The notes under the pieces were generated by a model. The model saw only the letters and a list, made by a program, of their open reading frames with translations, ran no database searches and was not told the DNA's origin. Shown one piece after another: positions 49,009 to 57,894 of a DNA stretch of 64,000 nucleotides (position 1 is its first letter; each line of letters opens with the position of its first letter). The translations under genes and the position numbers were made by a program. Source of the stretch: Frankiaceae bacterium (GTDB taxonomy: Bacteria; Actinomycetota; Actinomycetes; Frankiales; Frankiaceae); NCBI GenBank assembly GCA_036267695.1, contig DATAVO010000047.1:4364-68363 (forward strand), written 5' to 3'.

Positions 49009-49750
49009 GCCGCTGACCCCGGGTCAACCGCGCCCGGCGGACCTCATCCCCGCGGACCTCGGCCCGGCGGATCTCATCCTCGTCGGCCACGGCAGCCGCG
49101 ATCCTGACGCCGGGGTAGTGCTGCGGCGCCTTCGTGATGCCGTCGCGGCGAGGCTGACGCGGGTACGCGTTGTGCTCGCCTGGATCGAGCTCGACACCCC
49201 GCTGCTTTCGGACGTGATCGGGCAGCCTTCCGAGCACCCGCCCGTGGTGATCCCGCTGCTGCTCGCCCGGGGAACCCATCTCGCTCGTGACCTGCCGGCG
49301 CACGCGACGTCGCCGCTCGGACCCGACCCGAAACTCACCGCCATGCTGCTCGATCGGCTGCGCGATGCAGGCATCGCGCGAGGCCGGCCACTGGTCCTCG
49401 CGGCCGCCGGATCGGCCGATCCGCTCGGGACCTTGGACGTATCGAGGCAGGCCCAAATGCTCGAGAACGCCTGGGGGGCGCCGGTACGGGCCGGGTTCGT
49501 GACCAGCGAACCCTCCCTGACAGCGGCTGCCCACGAGGCGGAGTCCGCAGCTGGTCTCACTCCAGGACAGGCCGGTTCACCTGCGCATTCGGCGGCAGCG
49601 ATCGCGAGTTACTTCCTGGCGCCGGGCAAGCTGCCTAGCACGGCTCGGCCGGATACCGAACATCTGGGGAGCCATCCGGAACTCGTCGAGTTGGTCCTTC
49701 TGCGCTATTGGGCGGCTGCTCCGGACGGAGTAACCCGGTTGGGCCTGTAG
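48956..49750 (+). CDS. cbiX: sirohydrochlorin chelatase (CbiX/SirB type); start uncertain
   Basis: Contains LILVGHGSRDP and a second half reading LVLAAAGSADP. There is no ATG, GTG or TTG in frame between the cysH stop and the conserved core, so the start must overlap cysH (candidates ATG 48905, TTG 48950, GTG 48956) or be non-canonical. Confidence 0.7.
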   Translation: MTVAGRARARSSAVCTSEPLTPGQPRPADLIPADLGPADLILVGHGSRDPDAGVVLRRLRDAVAARLTRVRVVLAWIELDTPLLSDVIGQPSEHPPVVIPLLLARGTHLARDLPAHATSPLGPDPKLTAMLLDRLRDAGIARGRPLVLAAAGSADPLGTLDVSRQAQMLENAWGAPVRAGFVTSEPSLTAAAHEAESAAGLTPGQAGSPAHSAAAIASYFLAPGKLPSTARPDTEHLGSHPELVELVLLRYWAAAPDGVTRLGL

Positions 49751-49780
49751 GCGGACTTACGGGCTGCCGAAATAGGTGGT

Positions 49781-50200
49781 GTGGCTGGTATGCAAACGGT
49801 GATCCGCCCGGCGGCTGTGCTGCCGGAACATGCTGTGCGCCTGATCCTGCCCGCCCTGGAACGACTGGACGTCTCGGCGGGCGGTGTGTGGCTGACAACC
49901 CCCACCCTGTGGCAGCGCTACAACCGTCCCTGGGACGGTCCGCTGGGCAGTCACGGGACGTCTGACCTCGTCGGGTCGATCGCGGTCGTCTACGGGACCC
50001 CGACACGTTCGAGCATCACGGTCTATCGGGCGGCCGTCACCGACATAGGCGTCGCCGCGGGTTGGACGACGGACAGCCTGTGCGACGAAGCGTTCAGTTA
50101 CGCCGGGCTGACGCTGGCCAACTGCCCGCGCGCCGCGCTCGCCACGCCCCCGGCCCGCGACCCCTTCAAGGACGCTTCGCTCACCCGCGTGCCTGAGTAA
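49781..50200 (+). CDS. hypothetical protein, 139 aa
   Basis: Third codon positions are strongly GC-biased and the amino-acid composition is ordinary (MAGMQTVIRPAAVLPEHAVRLILPALERL...). I recognise no family. Confidence 0.55.
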   Translation: MAGMQTVIRPAAVLPEHAVRLILPALERLDVSAGGVWLTTPTLWQRYNRPWDGPLGSHGTSDLVGSIAVVYGTPTRSSITVYRAAVTDIGVAAGWTTDSLCDEAFSYAGLTLANCPRAALATPPARDPFKDASLTRVPE

Positions 50201-50269
50201 TCGACCGCTGAGGCGGCCGGAGGCACCCTAGCTCGTACCGCCGCCAACTGCCTCGGGCAAGCTGGTCAG

Positions 50270-51028
50270 GTGCACGATGCGCCGGCCCTGGTCACCTTTC
50301 ACCTTTGGGGTGTCGCGCGTCGTCACGTTCCCTGGGCGCTGACCCGCATGGTCCGCCATCGGGCGCCGCTGCGCCGGGTACCGGGCCTTCGTTTCGCGCG
50401 CTTGCTCGGCACCGGTCACGGGCACTCCTTCACCCCCCGCGACGCTGACCCGCGCCACTGGGCCCTGCTCGCCGCTTGGGACACCGCGGAGCAGGCCGCG
50501 GCGTTCGAGCGCGACGGCGGCGATGAGATCGTGCGCCAGTGGGACGCACATGCCGATGAGCGGTGGCGGGTGAGCTTGCAGCCCGTCTCGTCGGTGGGCT
50601 TGTGGTCCGGGGCGGCGCCCTTCGGTCCGCGGGGCATCCGTGCGCCCCGGGAGAGCGCCGCGCCTTGTGCGGTGCTGACGCGCGCCCGGCTCTCCCCGCG
50701 CAAGGCGGCCGCGTTCTGGCGGGCGACCCCACCGGTCGCCGCCGCCGTCGCTGTCGCGCCCGGCTTGCGCTTCGCCCGCGGGATCGGTGAGGCGCCGGTG
50801 GGACTGCAAGCGACGTTCAGCGTCTGGGACGACCCGCGGTCCGCGTCGGCGTTCGCCTACGAAAACGCGGCGCATCGCGCGGTGGTCGACCGGACGGGCC
50901 CGGAGGGCTGGTACGCCGAGCAGCTGTTCGCCCGGTTCGCGGTGATCGACGCCAGTGGCGAGGTCGACGGACGGGATCCGATGGCGAGCAGCCGGGTAGG
51001 AAGCAGCAGGCGTGGACAGCTCGGCTGA
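50270..51028 (+). CDS. CrtA-like (spheroidene monooxygenase family) protein
   Basis: 252 aa. From memory, VTFHLWGV...VPWALTRM...PGLRFARLLGTGHGHSFTPRDADPRHWALLAAWDT resembles the Rhodobacter CrtA N-terminal pattern (SFFRF...GLRFFKLFGTGTGEGFTP...YAILAVW). Confidence 0.6.
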   Translation: MHDAPALVTFHLWGVARRHVPWALTRMVRHRAPLRRVPGLRFARLLGTGHGHSFTPRDADPRHWALLAAWDTAEQAAAFERDGGDEIVRQWDAHADERWRVSLQPVSSVGLWSGAAPFGPRGIRAPRESAAPCAVLTRARLSPRKAAAFWRATPPVAAAVAVAPGLRFARGIGEAPVGLQATFSVWDDPRSASAFAYENAAHRAVVDRTGPEGWYAEQLFARFAVIDASGEVDGRDPMASSRVGSSRRGQLG

Positions 51029-51596
51029 GGGGCAGCGGGAGGTGCAGCTCGAGCGCTGGGGTCCGGCGCAGATCAACGCCCGGATGACCGACGTCATGCG
51101 GGTCTACCGGCGCGCCTTCCTCGATGTCCACGAGGCCTTTCCGGCGCGGGCCGAGATCGAGCGCACCGCGCATGCGCGCAGCCATCTGCACCGACCGGGC
51201 CTGAGGGCGGTCGCGGCACTGGACGGCGATCGTCTGGTCGGGATCGGCTATGGCCAGCCCGGCGCCCCTGGGCAGTGGTGGCACGACGTCGTGACGACGG
51301 CCGTCGCCGAGATGGGCGGGTACGAGTTCGCCGAGGACTGGCTCGCCAGCTGCTTCGAGGTCGTCGAGCTGCACGTGCTGCCGACCCATCAAGGCGCCGG
51401 CATCGGGCGAGATGTGCTGCGCCTGCTGCTCGCTGATTGCGGCGAGCGCACCGCCGCGCTGTCGGCCCTGGAGCCGGACGGCAGCCGGGCTCGCCGGCTG
51501 TACACGGCCGAGGGTTTTCAGGCCCTGCTGTCGGACTTCCGTTTCCCCGGCGGGCCGACGCGCTACGCCGTACTCGCCAAACGCCTCCAGCAGTGA
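51012..51596 (+). CDS. GNAT-family N-acetyltransferase
   Basis: 194 aa. Contains LHVLPTHQGAGIGRDVLRLLL and RRLYTAEGF. It overlaps the CrtA-like gene by 17 nt. Confidence 0.7.
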   Translation: MDSSAEGQREVQLERWGPAQINARMTDVMRVYRRAFLDVHEAFPARAEIERTAHARSHLHRPGLRAVAALDGDRLVGIGYGQPGAPGQWWHDVVTTAVAEMGGYEFAEDWLASCFEVVELHVLPTHQGAGIGRDVLRLLLADCGERTAALSALEPDGSRARRLYTAEGFQALLSDFRFPGGPTRYAVLAKRLQQ

Positions 51597-53206
51597 CGGC
51601 CGCCAGGGCGGCGGCCCAGCGTGATGTCGTGGTCATCGGCGCCGGGCACAACGGTCTGGTGGCCGCCTGCTACCTCGCGCGGGCAGGGCTACGAGTGGAG
51701 GTCATCGAGCGCGACGACGTCATCGGCGGAGCGGTGTCCACCGTCGAACGCTTCCCTGGCTACCGCATCGACCGCGGCTCTAGCCTGCACGTGATGATCC
51801 GGTGGACCGCCATCACCGAAGAACTCGAACTCCACCGCCACGGGCTGCGCTATCTCGACTGTGACCCGTGGGGTTTCCTGCCGGTGGCCGGTGCACCCGG
51901 CGGGGGCATCACGTTCCGGGCCGATCTGGACCGCACCTGCGCGTCGATCGAGGCGGTGTGCGGGGCCCAAGAAGCCCAGACTTACCAGGCGTTCGTACGC
52001 GATTGGACCCGCCGCACCGAGCCGATGATCGAGGCCTTCAACGCTCCCCCGACACCGGGCCGGATCGGCCGCGCCGCCTGGCGCGCCGGAAAGCATCTGC
52101 CGGTGAGCGGCATGGAGATCAGCCGGCAATTCCTCTCCCCCGGTGACGCCGTGCTCGATGAGACGTTCCGGGACGAGCGGCTGAAGACTGCCCTCGCGTG
52201 GATGGGTTCGCAATCGGGACCGCCGATGTCGGAGCCGGGAACGGCGGGCCATCTCGGGTGGAGCGCGATGCTGCACACCCGGCCGCCGGCGCGACCGGTC
52301 GGCGGGTCCGGCGCACTCACGGCGGCACTCGCGAGCAGGCTGCGAGCTGACGGCGGGCTGGTACGGCTCGGCGATGCGGCCCGCTCCATCGAGGTCGAGC
52401 ACGGGAAGGTGAGCGCGGTCGTCGTGGCCAGCGGCGAGCGGTTGGCGACGAAGGCCGTCGTCTCTGCCTGCCACGTGCTGACGACGCTGGACCTTGCCCG
52501 CAAGGCGCTGCCGCCGGCGCTGACAAGGCGCGCAGAGCGGGCGGTACGCGTCGGCAACGGCATTGGGGTCGCGCTCCGGTTGGGCACGTCGGCCTTGCCC
52601 GCGTACCCGGACGCGCCCGGCGATGTGCACTCCGGCCTCGGGCTGCTCGCCGGCAGCCGGGGGATGCTCGCCGCCGCCTACGGCGACTACCTGGCCCGGC
52701 GGCCGCCGGCGACACCACCTGTCGTCGTCATGGGTTTCTCCGGCCTCGACCCGACGCTCGCCCCACCGGGCCGGCACACCGTCACGGTGTGGGGGCAGTG
52801 GTATCCGTTCGAGTTGGCCGGCACTTCGGACTGGGCTGCGCTGCGCGAGCAGACGACGGCCCGGCTGTTGGCCGCTGTCGACGCGGCGGCACCAGGCTTC
52901 TCCGGCACCGTCGAGCAGGCGCATCTGCAGACGCCGCAGGACCTGCAGGACGAGTTGGGTCTGCTGCACGGCAACGTCATGCACGTGGAGATGAGCCTTC
53001 CCTCGATGTTCGGCTGGCGGCCGCTGCCGGAGTTGGCCGGCTACCGCGCTCCGCTGCCTGGCCTGTATCTCGCCGGCGCCTCCACCCATCCCGGCGGGGG
53101 TGTCTCCGGCGCCAGCGGACGCAGTGCCGCGCGGGTGCTGCTGGCGGATCTGGAGAAGGCGGCGCGGCCGCGGCTCGCCGGTCGCCTGCGAAGGGGCCGG
53201 CCGTGA
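51593..53206 (+). CDS. phytoene desaturase-family FAD oxidoreductase (CrtI/CrtO-like)
   Basis: The GTG at 51593 overlaps the GNAT stop (GTGA). The dinucleotide-binding motif is VVVIGAGHNGLVAACYLARAGLRVEVIERDDVIGG. The C-terminus reads GLYLAGASTHPGGGVSG. Confidence 0.8.
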   Translation: MTAARAAAQRDVVVIGAGHNGLVAACYLARAGLRVEVIERDDVIGGAVSTVERFPGYRIDRGSSLHVMIRWTAITEELELHRHGLRYLDCDPWGFLPVAGAPGGGITFRADLDRTCASIEAVCGAQEAQTYQAFVRDWTRRTEPMIEAFNAPPTPGRIGRAAWRAGKHLPVSGMEISRQFLSPGDAVLDETFRDERLKTALAWMGSQSGPPMSEPGTAGHLGWSAMLHTRPPARPVGGSGALTAALASRLRADGGLVRLGDAARSIEVEHGKVSAVVVASGERLATKAVVSACHVLTTLDLARKALPPALTRRAERAVRVGNGIGVALRLGTSALPAYPDAPGDVHSGLGLLAGSRGMLAAAYGDYLARRPPATPPVVVMGFSGLDPTLAPPGRHTVTVWGQWYPFELAGTSDWAALREQTTARLLAAVDAAAPGFSGTVEQAHLQTPQDLQDELGLLHGNVMHVEMSLPSMFGWRPLPELAGYRAPLPGLYLAGASTHPGGGVSGASGRSAARVLLADLEKAARPRLAGRLRRGRP

Positions 53207-54045
53207 GCGCTCCCCCGTACGCTCCTGCTGTGGCAAGCTCCACCGGCACAGTGGCGACGGAAGGGCTGCCCGCCCGCCTCCCTCTTCGGCCCGCCGTGCG
53301 GGTCGTCCCCGCACTGATCACGGGGCTGGCGGCGCTCACTGTGCTCAGCCAGATCGCCTACCCACTGACGGCGGGCACCGTGCGCGACCGGCTGACGATC
53401 ACCACGGTCCTGCTCTGGTGCGCAGCCTCGCTGACGCACGCGGCAGTCTCACGGGGCCGCTGGTTTGCCCTCGGCGTGCTCGCGATCAGTGCCGGCGTCG
53501 GCTTCGGCTCAGAGGCACTCGGCGTCGCTACGGGCGTGCCGTTCGGCCACTACGGCTACGCGTCGACGCTGGGCCCACGGGTGCTCGGAGTGCCGGTGAT
53601 CGTCCCGCTGGCCTGGACGATGATGGCCTACCCGGCGCTGCTCGTCGGGCTGCGGATCGGCGCCCCGGTCTTCAGCGGCGCGCTGGCGCTCGCGAGCTGG
53701 GACCTGTTCCTCGATCCGCAGATGGTCGCGGCCGGCCATTGGCGGTTCGCCGGCGGCGGCCCGAGCATCAATGCGATCCCGTTGTCGAACACGCTCGGGT
53801 GGAGTCTCGTCGCTTTGGTGATCATGGCGGGTCTGCTTCGCCTGCCGCAGCGCGTGCAGCGGCCGGTCGACGACCGGGTGCCGATCGGGCTCTACCTCTG
53901 GACGTACGCCTCCTCCGTGCTGGCTGCAGCGGCCTTCTTCCACCAACCCGGGGCGGCGCTTGCCGGCGGCCTCGTGATGGGGATCCCGGTGGCGCTGCTC
54001 GTACGCTCGCGGGCCAGACGGGTCCAGCCCGGTCCGGTGGCGTGA
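53203..54045 (+). CDS. polytopic carotenoid-biosynthesis membrane protein (DUF422 / CruF-like hydratase family)
   Basis: The GTG at 53203 overlaps the upstream stop (GTGA). There are about 7 hydrophobic segments. Contains GVPFGHYGY and SWDLFLDPQMVAAGHWRF. The family was recognised from memory. Confidence 0.6.
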   Translation: MSAPPYAPAVASSTGTVATEGLPARLPLRPAVRVVPALITGLAALTVLSQIAYPLTAGTVRDRLTITTVLLWCAASLTHAAVSRGRWFALGVLAISAGVGFGSEALGVATGVPFGHYGYASTLGPRVLGVPVIVPLAWTMMAYPALLVGLRIGAPVFSGALALASWDLFLDPQMVAAGHWRFAGGGPSINAIPLSNTLGWSLVALVIMAGLLRLPQRVQRPVDDRVPIGLYLWTYASSVLAAAAFFHQPGAALAGGLVMGIPVALLVRSRARRVQPGPVA

Positions 54046-55145
54046 AGCCTTCGCGACGGGCAGCGCGCACTCTCGCCATCGCGCTGACGCTGCACAGCGC
54101 GATCAACGCCCGGCTGCTGCGCCGCCCACCCGCCGCGTCAGCCATCGCCGAGCGGGTCAGCGTCCTGTTGCCCCTGCGCGATGAGGCGCATCGGGTACGG
54201 CCGTGCCTCGAAGCGCTGGCGGCGCAGACCGGCGTGCACGAGCTGGAGTTCGTCGTGCTCGACGACGACTCCAGCGACGGCACGGCAGCGCTCGTTTCCT
54301 CAATGTTTGCAGGTGATTCGCGTCTGCGACTGATCCGTGGACACGGGGAAACGCCTACCGGATATCTCGGCAAGCCCTGGGCGTGCGCCCGGTTGGCCGC
54401 CGCTGCCGACCCACGCTCTGAAGTGCTGGTGTTCCTGGACGCCGACGTCGTGCTGACCCACGACGGGCTGGCTCGGACGGTCGCCCTGCTGCGCGCCGCC
54501 GGGCTGGACTTCGTGAGCCCGTATCCGCGCCAGGAGGCCGGATCCCTCACCGAACGTCTGATGCAGCCGCTCCTGACCTGGTCGTGGTTGACGCTCGTGC
54601 CGCTGCGGCTCGCGGAGTGTTCCCGGCGTCCATCACTGGCCATCGCCAACGGCCAGCTTCTTGCGGTCGACGCGGCGCGCTACCGGGCATCGGGTGGCCA
54701 TGGCGCCCCCGGTGTGCGGGCGAGCGTTCTGGAGGACATCGCGCTCGCCCGACTGCTGCGGGCGCATGGCAACAGCGGAAGTATGGCCGCCGGCAACGAG
54801 GTGGCGACCTGCCGGATGTATGAGGGTTGGCCCGCTCTACGCGACGGGTATGCCAAGTCGCTCTGGGCCGCGGCCGGCGGGCGCCCGGCAGGCAGCGCCG
54901 GGCAGTTCGCCTTGCTGGCGTGGCTGTATCTGCGCCCGGACTGGCTGTGTTACCTCTCGGGAGTCGCCTCACGGTTGATCGCCGCCCGCCGGGCCGCAAG
55001 CCGCGCCCTCCCTGATGCGCTGGCCCATCCGCTTTCCATCGCACTGCTCGGCGGGCTGACCGTGCGCTCTTGGCTGCTACGCGGCCGGGGCGAGCTGACC
55101 TGGAAGGGCCGCCCGGTCGTCGCCGGCGAGCTTTCCGCGGCGTAG
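54042..55145 (+). CDS. family 2 glycosyltransferase
   Basis: The GTG at 54042 overlaps the upstream stop (GTGA). Contains VSVLLPLRDEA, VVLDDDSSDGT and FLDADV (DxD). C-terminal TM segments are present. Confidence 0.8.
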   Translation: MKPSRRAARTLAIALTLHSAINARLLRRPPAASAIAERVSVLLPLRDEAHRVRPCLEALAAQTGVHELEFVVLDDDSSDGTAALVSSMFAGDSRLRLIRGHGETPTGYLGKPWACARLAAAADPRSEVLVFLDADVVLTHDGLARTVALLRAAGLDFVSPYPRQEAGSLTERLMQPLLTWSWLTLVPLRLAECSRRPSLAIANGQLLAVDAARYRASGGHGAPGVRASVLEDIALARLLRAHGNSGSMAAGNEVATCRMYEGWPALRDGYAKSLWAAAGGRPAGSAGQFALLAWLYLRPDWLCYLSGVASRLIAARRAASRALPDALAHPLSIALLGGLTVRSWLLRGRGELTWKGRPVVAGELSAA

Positions 55146-55158
55146 GAGGGCCGAACGA

Positions 55159-56601
55159 GTGGCACGCATCGTCGTCATCGGAGCCGGCCTCGGCGGGCTG
55201 GCCTCCGCCGCCCGGCTCCGGGCCGCCGGTCACGACGTCACCGTCTGCGAACGCGCGCCGTCGGTCGGGGGCAAGCTTGCCGCGTACGCGCGCGACGGCT
55301 TCCGCTTCGACACCGGACCGTCGCTGCTGACGATGCCCTTCGTCTTCGAGGACCTCTTCGCCGCAACGGGCGAGCGGCTGGGTGAGGTACTCGACCTGCA
55401 GCGGGTCGATCCGCATTGCCAGTACCGGTTCGATGACGGCGTCGTCCTCGAGGTGCCCGCGGCGCGCGTGGCCCTTGCCGAGGCGATCGGCAATGCCCTC
55501 GGCGGGCAGGCGGCGAAAGAATGGGGTGCCCTGCAGGAAAGGGCCGCGCGCATGTGGGCGGTCGCGCGCGGACCGTTCCTCGAGGCTGCCGGTCCCCCGC
55601 GGCTGCTCGAGCTCGCCGCGCGCCAGCCGGCACAGCTGCCGGTGATCGCGCCCGGGCGTTCGCTGCGGTGGCTCGCCCAACGGATGCTGACCGGCCCGCA
55701 TCTGCAGGCAATGCTCGAGCGGTACGCCACCTACGCCGGATCCGATCCGCGGCGAGCACCGGCCGCCCTTGCCGCGACGGCCTTCGCCGAGCAGGAGTAC
55801 GGCTGCTGGTATGTCGCGGGCGGGTTGCATCGGCTCGCGACAGCTCTCGCGGAGCGGATCGATCCCGTCCGTACATCTACCGCGGTGACCCGTATCGCTC
55901 TCGCCGCCGGACGCGTCAGCGGGGTGACCCTCGAGAACGGCGAGCACCTCGCGGCCGACGCGGTGGTTGCGGACGTCGATGCCGCCCATCTCTACGGCGA
56001 TCTGCTCCCGAAGCGACGGCTCCTGCCGGGCGGGACGCCCTCGTCAGCCGGATTCGTGATGCTGCTGGGCATCAGCGATCCGGCGCCCGAACTGGCGCAC
56101 CACACGGTGCTCTTCCCGCCGCTGGACGGCCCCGGCTATGCCGCCGAGTTCGACGCGGTGTTCACCGACTACATCAGCGCTGCGCCCACCATCTACGTCT
56201 CGGCGCCCCGCGACTCCGCGACGGCACCCGATGGCAAGCGGTCGGTCTTCGTCTTGGTCAACGCACCCCGGCAGGGGCGCTTCGATTGGGATGCACCGGA
56301 CGTGGGCGACATCTACGCCCGGCATCTGCTGGAGGTCATGGCACAGCGCGGTCTGGATCTGCGCGGGCGCGTGGCCTTCTGCGAGACGCGCTCCCCGGCA
56401 GATCTGGCCCGAGCCACCGGCGCTCCCGGCGGGGCGATCTATGGGACCGCGAGCCACGGCGCGGCCGCGTTCCGTCGCGCGGCGAACCGCTCGCCCGTTC
56501 CGGGACTGTTCCTCACCGGCGGGAGCGCCCACCCCGGCGGCGGCCTGCCCCTCGTCGCGCTCTCAGCGGCTGCCGTCACGCGGCTGATCGGACCTGCCTG
56601 A
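55159..56601 (+). CDS. phytoene desaturase-family protein (CrtD/CrtI-like)
   Basis: 480 aa. Contains IVVIGAGLGGLASAARLRAAGHDVTVCERAPSVGGK, FDTGPSLLTMP and GLFLTGGSAHPGGGLPL. Confidence 0.85.
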   Translation: MARIVVIGAGLGGLASAARLRAAGHDVTVCERAPSVGGKLAAYARDGFRFDTGPSLLTMPFVFEDLFAATGERLGEVLDLQRVDPHCQYRFDDGVVLEVPAARVALAEAIGNALGGQAAKEWGALQERAARMWAVARGPFLEAAGPPRLLELAARQPAQLPVIAPGRSLRWLAQRMLTGPHLQAMLERYATYAGSDPRRAPAALAATAFAEQEYGCWYVAGGLHRLATALAERIDPVRTSTAVTRIALAAGRVSGVTLENGEHLAADAVVADVDAAHLYGDLLPKRRLLPGGTPSSAGFVMLLGISDPAPELAHHTVLFPPLDGPGYAAEFDAVFTDYISAAPTIYVSAPRDSATAPDGKRSVFVLVNAPRQGRFDWDAPDVGDIYARHLLEVMAQRGLDLRGRVAFCETRSPADLARATGAPGGAIYGTASHGAAAFRRAANRSPVPGLFLTGGSAHPGGGLPLVALSAAAVTRLIGPA

Positions 56602-56635
56602 TCGCCGCTCCCTGATCTCTACTGCCTGACGGGCG

Positions 56636-57313
56636 CTAGGCCGGGCGCTGCTCATGGAGCCGCGGGCCCACCGCACGCAGGAATTGAGCGGCTCCGGCGA
56701 CGCTCAAAGCGCCGTTGGCCGCAGCCCCGGCAGTCGCGAAAACCCTTGCGCCCCAAGGGAAGAAGCCCGAAGTCACGAAGGCCGAAGCGGTCACTGCCAT
56801 CCTGACCGGTCGTTCCCCGACGGTGACGGTCCCGATCTCGCTGACGCCAGCGGCCGCTGCCCGGGCTCTCGCGTACTCCAGCAGCATGACGCCCGCACCC
56901 GCTGCCACCGTCAACCGCGGCGGCGCTCCAGCCGCCCGCAATCCCAGCAATTGCAAGGCATCACTGGCCCGATCGGCGAGTGAGTCCAGCACGAATCCCC
57001 AGCCGGTATCGGCGCCGGAGAGCACAGCGACCGATCCGTCGAGGCCGTCGGCGAAGCCAGAGGCGAGCACCGCCGCGCCGGCGACCAAAAATCCTTTGCC
57101 CCGGGCACGGGCGGCCAACGGTGCGGCAGCAGCCAGGCCGACCCCGATGGCGGTCAACACGTCGGGCGACACGTTGCGCTTGGCCAACGGCCGGGCAGCG
57201 CCTTCCACGAGGGTGAGCCACGCGGCGGTCGCCCGCGAAGGGGCGGCGGCGGCCCCGCCGTGCAGTTCGCTCCAGCGCGCGCGGTAGCCGGTGCGGTCAG
57301 GGAGCGCGCTCAC
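56636..57313 (-). CDS. CDP-alcohol phosphatidyltransferase-family membrane protein (variant motif)
   Basis: The GTG at 57313 overlaps the upstream stop (GTGA). ADGLDGSVAVLSGADTGWGFVLDSLADRASD resembles DGxxARx8Gx3Dx3D, but with AV in place of AR. Several TM segments are present. Confidence 0.65.
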   Translation of the reverse strand: MSALPDRTGYRARWSELHGGAAAAPSRATAAWLTLVEGAARPLAKRNVSPDVLTAIGVGLAAAAPLAARARGKGFLVAGAAVLASGFADGLDGSVAVLSGADTGWGFVLDSLADRASDALQLLGLRAAGAPPRLTVAAGAGVMLLEYARARAAAAGVSEIGTVTVGERPVRMAVTASAFVTSGFFPWGARVFATAGAAANGALSVAGAAQFLRAVGPRLHEQRPA

Positions 57314-57873
57314 GCGACGGAGGGGATCTCCGCCACCCGGCCGCGCAGCCCGCTCTCGGCGGTGCGCGCCAGCAACCGGACCGCGAGCGATCGGAAGATC
57401 CAGCGCGGCACGATCGCCGGCACGGCAAGCGGTCCGTGCAGCGTGATGCGCGCCGTGACGAGTGTGCCGCCCGACGCCTGCGGGATCAGCAAATGCTCGA
57501 CCTCCTCGTCCAACCCGTGGAAAAGATGGGCCGTGGTAGCCAGCGACGAACGGTCGACGACGTGCTCGATGTCGACCGGAATCTGCCATCCCCACAGGCG
57601 CATCTGGCCGAGCACCTGCTCGCCCGCCGCGACCTCCCAGGTATCGGGCTCATCACCGGCTTCGGCCGAACTGGGTTCGACCGACCGCAGGGAGGGATCG
57701 AACTCGACCCACCGCTGCGGGTGAGCGAGCACCGCCCACACCGCCGGCACCGGCGCCGCGCTGCTGGCACGAGCACCGGCCGAAGCGCGCAGGAGGACGC
57801 CGAGCGGACTGGCAGGCACTGACGCCAAAGCCTGCAAGGACGAAAGGAGGGGCACGGACGGCATGTAGCGCAT
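57310..57873 (-). CDS. hypothetical protein, possibly SRPBCC (START/cyclase-dehydrase-like) fold
   Basis: 187 aa and translationally coupled to the phosphatidyltransferase gene. The fold assignment rests only on overall pattern (AVWAVLAHPQRWVEFDP...), so it is weak. Confidence 0.4.
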   Translation of the reverse strand: MRYMPSVPLLSSLQALASVPASPLGVLLRASAGARASSAAPVPAVWAVLAHPQRWVEFDPSLRSVEPSSAEAGDEPDTWEVAAGEQVLGQMRLWGWQIPVDIEHVVDRSSLATTAHLFHGLDEEVEHLLIPQASGGTLVTARITLHGPLAVPAIVPRWIFRSLAVRLLARTAESGLRGRVAEIPSVA

Positions 57874-57894
57874 CCTCCCCCGTATGGTCGCCGG

